DNA from: Escherichia phage Mimir124
Direction: 5' to 3' (one strand)
Sequence record: PQ310662.1
DNA: 64,000 bases
The notes under the pieces are model-generated. The model was given only the letters and a program-made list of their open reading frames with translations, had not been told where the DNA came from and searched no databases. The number at the start of each line of letters is the position of its first letter. The first letter of the stretch is position 1. Of the stretch, positions 27,440 to 37,800 are shown piece by piece. The translations under genes were made by a program, and so were the position numbers.

Positions 27440-27609
27440 TTTGAGAACTGTTTATTGGACGATTCATATGATTGACCTAATCTTAACCCCGTATGCCTAT
27501 GAGGTAACGGATAACCGAGGACGTAAGTCTTTGGTGTTTGCAGGTAGCGTAGCCTATAACAACGCAGTCATGTTTAAATACAAACTTAAACCACTTTATG
27601 AGGCTAATA

Positions 27610-27990
27610 ATGGCAACAGTAAGTAAAGAATCAATCGAAGCTAAGATTAAGAGCGTTTACTATTTCAATGGTGCTGATGCAGTAAAGACTGCATTCGTTA
27701 ACCCTTCTGCACTTCCGGCAGACGATTTGGCTAACCTGAGCCTGGTAACCTACTGTATTATCATCCTGGAAAACGGATTCAAAGTTGAAGGTGTATCTGC
27801 CTGTATTGACCCAACCATCTATGATGAACAAAAAGGCCGTCAGTATGCATATGAAAATGCATTCAATAAGATTTGGGAAATAGAGGGTTACCTGCTACGT
27901 CAGGCATTGCATGAGAAAGAGGAGACTACTAAGGCTCTGGCTTCCTTTGCAGAAAACAACACCTGTGATGGTGGTGGTTGCACCATTTAA
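27610..27990 (+). CDS. conserved phage protein, possibly N4 gp49-like family
   Basis: 126 aa from ATG 27610 (longest ORF starts 27598); sits shortly upstream of the giant RNAP gene; family assignment is from memory of a Pfam family name and is unverified. Confidence 0.35.
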   Translation: MATVSKESIEAKIKSVYYFNGADAVKTAFVNPSALPADDLANLSLVTYCIIILENGFKVEGVSACIDPTIYDEQKGRQYAYENAFNKIWEIEGYLLRQALHEKEETTKALASFAENNTCDGGGCTI

Positions 27991-28109
27991 CAAACAGGTG
28001 TAAGGTAGTTTTTACCGAAAGGTACTGAACTACCCAACATGTGGTAAGGCTCTAGAAGCCAAAACAAAACAAGCCCTCCTAGTGAGGGCTTTATCATTTG
28101 AGGTAGTTA

Positions 28110-28597
28110 TGTCCGAAGAAATTAAAATTCACTTCACCAACTACATTGGAACCAAGTGTGTAAATGGTTTCAAGATGAACAAGGAAACATATTGCAAACT
28201 TCGTGGCTGGGATGTGCCTGCTAATGAAGACCCATTAGAAGAAGGTTACTTAGTAGAGTACCCAGACTCTAAACCTAACCATGAGCAATTCCGTGGTTAT
28301 ATTAGCTGGTCACCAAAAGCTGCATTTGAGGCTGCATATTGTGACGTAACTAAGGGTTGTACTTTTGGTCACGCAGTAGAACTTTTGAAGTCTGGTTTTA
28401 GACTGTCCCGTAAAGGCTGGAATGGAAAAGGAATGTATATCACCTTGGTACCGGGTAAATATTGGTCCATGGCTAAACATGAGAACTCCATTTGTGAGAA
28501 ACGGGATTGGTTGGGCATCAAAACTGTTGATGACCAGTTTATGCCTTGGGTTCCATCCCAATCGGATGTATTAGCTGAAGACTGGGTAATTCTGTAG
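28110..28597 (+). CDS. DUF2829 (Tad2-like) domain protein with about 70-aa N-terminal extension; candidate immune-signal sponge
   Basis: C-terminal 90 aa: GHAVELLKSGFRLSRKGWNGKGMYITLVPG ... PWVPSQSDVLAEDWVIL matches my recollection of the DUF2829 consensus (GWNGKGM, PW..SQ.DLLAEDW); RBS GAGGTAG before ATG 28110. Confidence 0.45.
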
Positions 28598-28606
28598 GAA
28601 ACTATT

Positions 28607-28837
28607 ATGACACAAGTATCTATTACCTCTGTTGTTCGTGAATCCATTCTCAACAATACTGTCCGTACATATTCATTCGATGAAATCGCAGAGAAGCTGG
28701 GAGTAACTCGTTACGTAGCTAAAAAACTCTACTTCACATTCCTGTGGTTCCCTACGGAGGAAACATTACGGAAGATTAAAGAGACTGGTAAATTTCCAAG
28801 TGAAGGACGTAAGCCTAAAATGTGGAAAACACCCTGA
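28607..28837 (+). CDS. small HTH-like protein
   Basis: 76 aa; SFDEIAEKLGVTRYVAKKL resembles a helix-turn-helix; last + gene before convergent terminator. Confidence 0.35.
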   Translation: MTQVSITSVVRESILNNTVRTYSFDEIAEKLGVTRYVAKKLYFTFLWFPTEETLRKIKETGKFPSEGRKPKMWKTP

Positions 28838-28845
28838 CTTCTAAA

Positions 28846-28876
28846 AGCAAAGCCCCTCTAATGAGGGGCTTTTTTA
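28846..28876. terminator. bidirectional Rho-independent terminator at the junction of convergent gene blocks
   Basis: AAGCCCCTC-taatga-GGGGCTT flanked by T-run on + side and A-run on the other side (T-run for - strand). Confidence 0.65.
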
Positions 28877-28878
28877 TT

Positions 28879-31800
28879 TTAATTTACCAGGTTCATCCAA
28901 GGGTTAAGGTTGTGAGCACGAAGCCCCTGACCAAAGCCCCATGAGTAATCCAGACTACCCTTAGCAGCAATGCTAAAGATGTTGTCCTGAATAGGTAAGC
29001 CAACGTTACCAAACATGGTAGGAGTTGGAGCCAACATAGCCATAGCAGCATGCACTGGGTTATTACGAATCATGGACACTGCAACTTTTGCAGAACGAAT
29101 CTTAAAGTTGTAGAACCACATTAAACCAACACTTTCCATATACCCACGGAAGCGACCAGGTAAACGATCATAGTTAATGAACTCTTCCGTTACACGTCCT
29201 AGTGCTTCTTCACGAGTCTTACCTTTACGCTGGGTCAATTCATCATAGATGATTGCTTTAGCGATAAAGTCAGAGTACTCAACGGTCTTCTGGATACCCT
29301 GGAATAAAGCAGTATCCTTAGTGATAAGTGCATAACGTCCGGCAGTACGTACTGACTTAGGTAGCTTATCTGCCAATTTACTCATGTACTCTTGAAGTTT
29401 ACCTTCGGTAATAAGGATGTCATCACGACCGATACCAGCGTCTGCAATTGAAGAGAACTCACCAGCTTCTAACAGAGGCCAGATACTCATACGCTTATGG
29501 CTATCAGTAATGGACTGAATCTCAGCCTTAAGTTTACGAATCTGGTTCGGGTTAGTAGCTGCACGTAATTCTGCTTCTGCATCTACCTGACGCAGACGAG
29601 ACTTCAGGTACTGGTTAATCTCAGCAGTTTTCTGTGGAATGCTCTTAGCAATGTTCTTAACCGGTACGCCACGGGCAACCATCTGGTAAAGGTTAGCCAA
29701 GAAGTTAACAGCAGGTACGACTACTGACTTAACTACAATCAGAGTCTTGGCTTCTTTAACTAAGTTCTGAACCAGGTTCTCACCACCCATAGTGTACTTA
29801 TAAGCACGGTTGCCAAATACACCCAGCATAGCTTTCTTGAAGGTATCCAGGGTTTCCGGGGACCAACGAGAATTACCAGACCAGGCATCACCAACAGAAG
29901 CTGCACGATAACCAAGTGCATCATTCAGCATGTCACGACGCACCCACAGTTCGCCATCACCAAACAGGCTTTCTGCTTTCCGTCGAGTTTCACTGTTCAT
30001 CAGCTTAAGTGCATCAGCAGTTACTGGGTCCAGTTTAGAACCAAGAAGGTTCACATACTGGGACTTGTTAGAGGCAGACATCTTTATGTCGTTCTCATAC
30101 ATACTATGCAGGTTCTCAATCAGCATATCGTTGAAACGCTGTGCCTTAGCCTCTTCCACCTGACGCCCACGCCATACACCAATTGCACGTGCAAGATGGT
30201 TCTCACCTTCAATATGCTTCAGCATGTTAGGGTCAATGGATTGCTCATAAGCAACTACATTACCTTTATCATCATATACAGGCAGGAGTGGTTCATTACC
30301 ACGTTCACCACGAGCCAGTGCTTTAGTGATACGGTCTACGGAAGGCTTGTCAGTGATACGACCTGCTACCATGGAACCCATCGTAAAGCCTGTACCCAGG
30401 TCTACACCACCAGCAGTATTACGAACGTTCTGTAGGATACCCTGTGAGAATGGAGCCTGTGCCTGTACTGGTGCAAAGTAATAACTACGTGCCGGACCAC
30501 GGTTAGCAGAACTACCTTGATAAGTACCCAGACGTACATAGGACTTCTCAATCAAATCAGCAAACTGACTATCTTCAGCAACAATCAGATTAACGCCCTG
30601 TTTAGTCTCACTAGGGATATGCCCTTTGTACTGGTTCAGGGTTGCACGCATATCAGATTTGGCTTTAGCCATTTCATCTTTACGCTGACCAACCAGATAA
30701 GAAGTAGCAAAGTCCATTCCCTCAACTTCTGATTGAGCCAGTGAAGATAACATCTCACGGTCGGACTTATTCATTGCTTCCAGTGCATACAGGGTAATCA
30801 GTTTATCCAGTTGAGCTACATCTACAGTAGAACGAGCAGCCTGACGTTCACCCAGCATACGAGAGATTGCAGTAGCATTACGCAGCAGGTTATTACCGAC
30901 TGTACCATTAATCATGTACTGAGCCAGTTGCTTAGATTTACGACTAATAAGAGGCCAGTTACGACCAGCTTGTTTTTGCAAATCTGCTTCCAGCTTATTC
31001 ACTTCACGGTCAACAATCTTCTGGTCAGTCAGCAGGTCACGGATTTCAGCCAGAGACATAGTGTCACGCAGAACAGCTAAGTCAGTTTTACCCATACCAG
31101 TGTGCATTGCTTTCCACTCATCTTTAGTCAGCTTACGGCTGAACTTAGATGCGATAGTGGTGGGCAGGTGTTCACGAAATTGTTGACGGTCTGCTTGTAC
31201 CTGTGCACGAACTGCTTTAATTAAATCATATACAGAAGCATTACTCTTAGTACGACCAGTTAGGTCATTAACTAAGTCATGGAAAGGTTGCCATACCTTG
31301 CCTTGGTTCATTGCAGCCATAACACCTTCAGCTACGATTACACCATTCTTCTCTGTAGCAATGGCAGCTACCAGTTGTGCAGCATGAGCAGCACCTTTAA
31401 CCAACGGGTTCTTGGTATTAGCTGCAACTTCACGAGCACTTTCTAAAGCACGGGTGGACAGTGCATCAATAGAATCCACCAGATACTGGTTAGCACGGTC
31501 GATAGCATTACCACTAGGTATAGCAACGGAATCATAAAATGACTGTGCATTGAGGCTGGTCTGCATGATTGTCTGAGCCAGTGCATCCGTCCCTTCCTGC
31601 ACATTGGTGGCTTTGGTATCACCTGTTACACGAGCATTCAGGCTAGACATTGCAGCAGTACCGATGTTAGTCAGCATTGCATCAATGGTATTACCAGATT
31701 TCTTATCTGCTTTCATAACAGGAATGTTAGCCAGTACATTACGTACTTCTTCACTAACCATTGCCAGACCAACAAAGGTAGGCAATAAGGAAGAACGACC

Positions 31801-34800
31801 CTGTGCATCAAACTCAATGTTGTTAGCACCCATGATGGTATCAAACTTCTGTTGAGCATAGTAACGGTCAGCAGGGTTAGTGCTATCAGGGTCAGCCATG
31901 AATGCTTCAACGGTCAGGTTCTTAGTGACGTGTGCGTAGTATTCCTGTGCACGAGAAAGAGCAGCCGGACTAATAGCAGCTTCAGTAGCCAAAGCAGCAA
32001 CAATGTTAGTGAACAGTCGCTGTTCCTGCATATTCATAGTGAAGCCATGAGCCTGAACATCACGAGTTACTTTAGTTGCATTCACTACTGCATCAGAGAA
32101 CTTACCCTTACGAATTACTTGCTGTACCGGTTCTGAACCAATGTAGTTAGTAATCAGCTTATCAAAGGTCTGCCCCAACTCTTCCAGACGGGTATTGTCA
32201 CCGTATGCTTTGTTATGGAACAGAGTAGTGTCTTTGGCTACAGCAGCAGTAGGAGCCTGCCCACGCATAACTACAGAAGAGTTAAACAGTAAGCCAGAGA
32301 ACATATCATCTGCGTTAGCAGGGGCTTTCTTACGACCAAATACCAGACGTTTGATTGCTTCATATACAGCCTGAACCATGGCCTTAAGTGCAGTGGTTTT
32401 CTTCTGCTTACCAATCAATTCACGGTTGGTTAAACCCCATGCCATGTACTCATTCAGTGCAGCAGCTTTAGCCATTGCTGGTTCAATAAAGCCATTAGAC
32501 AAGTGACCATTAATGGTATTGAGTGCATCAGCATATGCTTCACGTACTGCCGGGGATTCATCCTTAACATCCAGAGTACGGAACTGGTTCATCAGGTCTT
32601 CAATATTCTGGACTGCTTCATTAGAAGTACCTTCATAGTGAGCCAGTACAGATTCAAAAGTAGAAGCATGTACCAATTCATGAACCAGAGTCTCTAAGGA
32701 AGGAGTAACTAAGTAGATGGTCTTATCTTCAAAGTTAGTCCAGCCATATGCATTACCAGCTTCAGCAGCTTCAATATCTTCCGGTGCTGGGCGAGTAATG
32801 TTCTTCTCAATAGCATAAGCATCCAGTTGAGCAGGAGTACCATAAACAACCTTGTAGTCTTTAGCAGCAAGGGATTTCTGTACTTCTTTCAATACTGCTT
32901 GCTGTTCTGGGGACATCTCTTTAGCCAGCTTAGTGATAGCAGTATTGGACAGCAGACGTACACCGGACTTCAGTACACGACCTACCTTCTCCATTGCTGG
33001 TACTTCTTTCACTGGTTCTGCTTTAGCAGCACGTACTGCATCACGACGCTTATTTAATTCAGCATCAAACAGCTCGTTCAGCTTAGCTACTTGTTGGTCT
33101 ACAGTCAGACCTTCCAGAGAAATTTTACCGTTGTTCACATAAGGAGCACCTACAGCAGCCATCTGGTCAACAGTAGTCTGTACCTGGTTCATTACTTTGT
33201 GGCGAATATCTACACCCAGAGCAATGTTACGCAGATTACGTTCAATCTGTTCAGCACCAATACGTAACAGGTCATCAGTAGCACCTTCACGTTGGTCATA
33301 TTCCAGAGCAGATTTAGCGATAGCCTGTTTGGTTTCATCAGACAGTTTGCTGAAGTCTACGTTCTTCATGAACTTAGCGAAGGAGTCATAAACATTCTTG
33401 ATAGGGTTTCCTTGCCAAGAAGTATATACAGCCTCGTTAGCTTTACGACTTGCATCAGTAATGTCATTAATACCAATGTTCATACCATCAAAGATTTTCA
33501 GGGTATTCTTCGGAGCACCCTTCATAGTAGAAAGAGTCTGCATCATCATGCCATCACCAGTACCGATGGTCATAAATGGAATACCTGCAACACCTGCCTG
33601 TGAAGGAGCATAGATGCTCATTGGCACACGCATACGGTCATCTAAGTTGGTAGCCAGTACTTGGTTAGCAACATCAGTGTTCTCACTACCAGCAATGTAG
33701 AAAGTCTGTGAGCCAGTCTCAATCATTGGAGCCAGCGGAGATAAGCTATTCTGAATTTCATTCAGTTCTTTCTGCGTTAAGAAATCACCTTTCTTCCATG
33801 TTGAGTCTTTTTCTTTTTCTGCAAGTTTAGCCTGTACTGCCTGTTGGAACATATCCTGCAATACCAGAGACTGAATCTGGGTAGCCTTCTGTAAGTTCTC
33901 AGTAGAATGCATCAGACCTTCACCAACAGTATTTCGAATACCAGTACGCATTGGTTCAACGAACAGGTGAAGCATGTTCTCTTGTAAGTTCTTCAGGGCA
34001 TTACCAGATACAGTAAACTTCTGTGGGTCTAACTTACCAGTCAGAGCACCTTCTACCTGCTGAATAGATAACTCACCCTTACGCATAACTGGAACATTGC
34101 CAGTCAGTGCTTCCATAGAAGTAAGGAAAGTATCCAGCATAGCCTGAGCATCAGCCTCAGATGCAGCCTCCTTACCAAACATTGCCATAGCCGGGGAAAT
34201 ACTAGGGTCAGCAGCACGAGCTTGCAGAACGTCGCTGAAGCGTTCGTAGATGGTATCAGTAATTGCACTAACCATCTTGCCAGCAATACCACGAGCACCA
34301 GAACCATAGATGGTAATGGTTAGTGGGTTTTTAGCGATACCACGTTTCAGGTCCAGTGTACCGTCTTCATTCAGGTTAAAGTCTTTGATGAACAGGTCCA
34401 TTAACTTCTGGAGATGATTCATCTGGCTCATAACAGGAACGTTGTTACGGTAAGTACTACGTAATTCACCAAGTGCTTGTTGCAGACCATTAGTAGATGC
34501 TTCATACAGGTCAACACTGTCATCCTGTGAGCGATGCTCGTTCATAGTCTTACCAGCTTTACCGAAGAACAAACCACCCTTAGCAGTATTCTTAATCCAG
34601 TCTGGAGTGAACTTACCACCGGTCATTAATACCATTGCGTTGATTGGGCCATTGGTTACACCATCAGCTTCAACGTACAGTGGGGTATTAAAATTGGCAC
34701 GGTCATCGCTATTCAGGTAACGGGCATATTCCATCAGAGCCATGAGAGCTACGAATGATTTATCACCACCCAAAGAGGTCTTAAGAATATCCACTGCATC

Positions 34801-37800
34801 AACTGGTAAGTAACCAGACTTATCAAACTCAACCATCATATCAACAGCAGGTTTCAGGTTACCTTCCAGAGCTTTGGTCAGCTTTTCAGACATAGCTTCA
34901 CGGGACATGTTATGTACCTTGATGCCTAATGCCTGAGCCAGACCTAACTGAAAGTCAGAGAACGCTTGGCTGTTTTCATTACTCAAGTCAATAGTAGAGA
35001 AGGTTGGCAGAATTGCTTCACGAACCAGCTTACTGGATTGTGGGTTATTCTTACCAAGCATCTGCATACGACCTACACGGGTCATGTTGTAACCATAGTG
35101 AATAGGAGTATCCAGTCCATTCTCCTGTTCCTGAACCTGATTGATTACCCCAAACAAGGAATCGTATGCCATAGACACGGACAGGTTCTTACATTCCAAT
35201 GATTTAGCAGTGTTTACGTTCAGTAGTTCAGGATTAATCGTACCAGCACCCATCAGTTCCAGAATGTTGTCACGACCCAATGCTTCATAGAAATTAACCA
35301 TCGGCATGTGTACACGGAACTCAGTAGCCTGTTCTGCTTTAAGAGCAGCTTTCTGTTCTGGAGTATTCTTGACAGCCGGGTTACGTAACTGAGTTTGAGC
35401 CACGGAAGGAATATCATCCCCGAAGTACATTTTCTCTTCCGGTTCTACGAGGACAGCTTCCTCAATAGCAGTAGGGAAATTGTTAATGGCATCGTTATCA
35501 TCCAGCTTCTCAATGGTGTACAGACCTACAGTCTTATTGGAGGCTGGGTCAATTTCAGACACATCCAGCATAGACTCTTTAACTTCACCCATCTCAATAA
35601 AGGAAGACAGAATCTCTGTAGCCATTGCCATTGGGATACCCTTGGTATAACCCAGTGGTGCATTAGGATTACGATTCAAACCCCAATAGGATTCAATCTT
35701 TTGAGCCAGTGAGTTAGTAGCTTCAACCAGGGTCTGAGCATTCTCGAAGTCAGCCAGAATACCTTCAGGTAACAGGGATGCTTCTACACCAGTAATAGCA
35801 GCTACATCTTTCATGTCTTTAATGGCAGCATTCTGTGTAGCAGTCAGTCGCCATTGCAAACCAGCAAGTACAGCAGTCTCTAGCAACTGGTCATTGAACT
35901 TAAAGGTGTCACCATCCTTCTCAACGATATTCAGCAGTTTACCACCCACCCAACGGTTAGCTTCAGTACCTTCTGCAAAACGTTTACCAACATTCTTGTT
36001 AGCAAGGAACTTAGCTAGACGGTCAGAAAGAGTAGTCTTCAGGGTTTCACCAAAATCAAACAAGTCCTGATAACGCTTAATCACATCACTTGTGAGAGCG
36101 TTATTTTCTTTTTGAGTAAATGCTTCAAAACGAGCAACAGAAGACAGTGCTTTCTTAACATCAGTCAAAGGAGACTCAGAACCAATGGTACGAGACTTAG
36201 GTTCTTCCGGTAGGGTAAATGCTTTCAGGAACTGGTTCGGTGTCTTTTCATTGTTATAGACAGGGAACACTGTTTCCATTTCTGTTTTGGTTTCGACTAC
36301 TTCCTGGGTAGTATCTACTGTTTCAGACTTAGTAGTAGAGACTTCTTCTGTTTTTGGGCTAGTCTCCATAGTAGGAGCAGTCTTATTTTCTACCACTGGT
36401 TTAGCTTTAGGCTGTACAGTAGTAGTGTCCTCTTGCACTGGTGCAGGAGTTTCATCAACCTGATTCACTGGTTCATTGGTCTGTTGGGATTGAGCAGCGT
36501 CAAGATTGCCCTGACGGAACTCTTTAACTACCTGGGCAGCAGGCTTGTCCAGACGTGAATCCAATGGGGTAACTTTCACATGAGAAACATTAAGCTCCGG
36601 GTAAGCCGTAGCAAGTGCGTTAGCAATATCAGCTACGGTTTTGGCCTCCAGTCCTACTTGCTGGGCAAACTTAACAGACTTGGTATCGTAAGGATTGACA
36701 CCGAGTCCAGTACGACTACGTACCCATTCACGGGAAGGCGAGAGAGCCTGATAATGAACAGACTTATTCTTATCCGCATTCCCAGAAATCAGATGCTCAT
36801 TCAACGCTCCGACCTTATTCTGCATGTGCTGGGCGAACTTCATAAAGTCGCTCAGATAAGCGGAGGCCAAATCGAAGTTACCAGAGTTATACGCAGAACG
36901 AATGCGTTTCGCATGTTGCAACGCAGAGTACTGTCCTTCGTTAGAACGAGACTCATCGGTTTTAATTTGTTTACTAACAATGTCTTGAGGACGTAAGCCC
37001 AGTTCTTCTGCTTTAGCGTCGAACTCACGTGCACCCTGTAACAAGGCAGCAGCAGATTGCAGGGCAGCACGTTGATGATTCCCCAGTGTAATCTTACCTT
37101 CACTTGCATGTTTCAGAACCATGTTCACTGAATCTGCATCCAGTACTTCTGGGGATACATCAGCAGCCATAGCAATGTTGTTTGCTTGGGCTTGATTAGC
37201 TTCTTCAGTAGCTTTCAGCTTACCTGCTTCAGCCTGTTCCTGAATCATGGAATGGATAGCACGGTATGCACGGAGTACTTTAGGTGTATTCTGTACGTTA
37301 GCCATCAGGCCAGAGAACTGGTCTACGATAGTAGCAGCAGGGGAACCTTGTTCCAGATTAGCCAGAGCACCTGGGTCACGGTTAATGAAGCTATCCATAG
37401 ACATAATGTTGTCATACATCTGGATTGCAGCTTCCATTTGAACGTTAGGATCTTCAGCAGTATTAACCAGGTCAGCCATCTTCTGAATAGCTTCTACACG
37501 GTTAGTGGAACCAGAAACAGCTTCACGGATTACCAGGTTAGCTTGTTCCAACTCTACTGGGTCGAACTTCATTGCCTGAGTTAAGTCAGCAGCATACTGA
37601 GTAGCAGCAGCTTTCTCTTCTGGAGTGATATCCATTGCATCTACTGCTTCCTGTACAGTTGCTTGTGCCTGCTCTGCCTGAGCAGCAGCTTCCTGTGCAG
37701 CAGCGTTAACCGTAGCATCAGCTACAGGGGATGCTTGTTCATTACGCTTAGCAACTTCTTCCCCACGTTGAACCAGGATGTTAGTAAGAGGAGATGCAGC

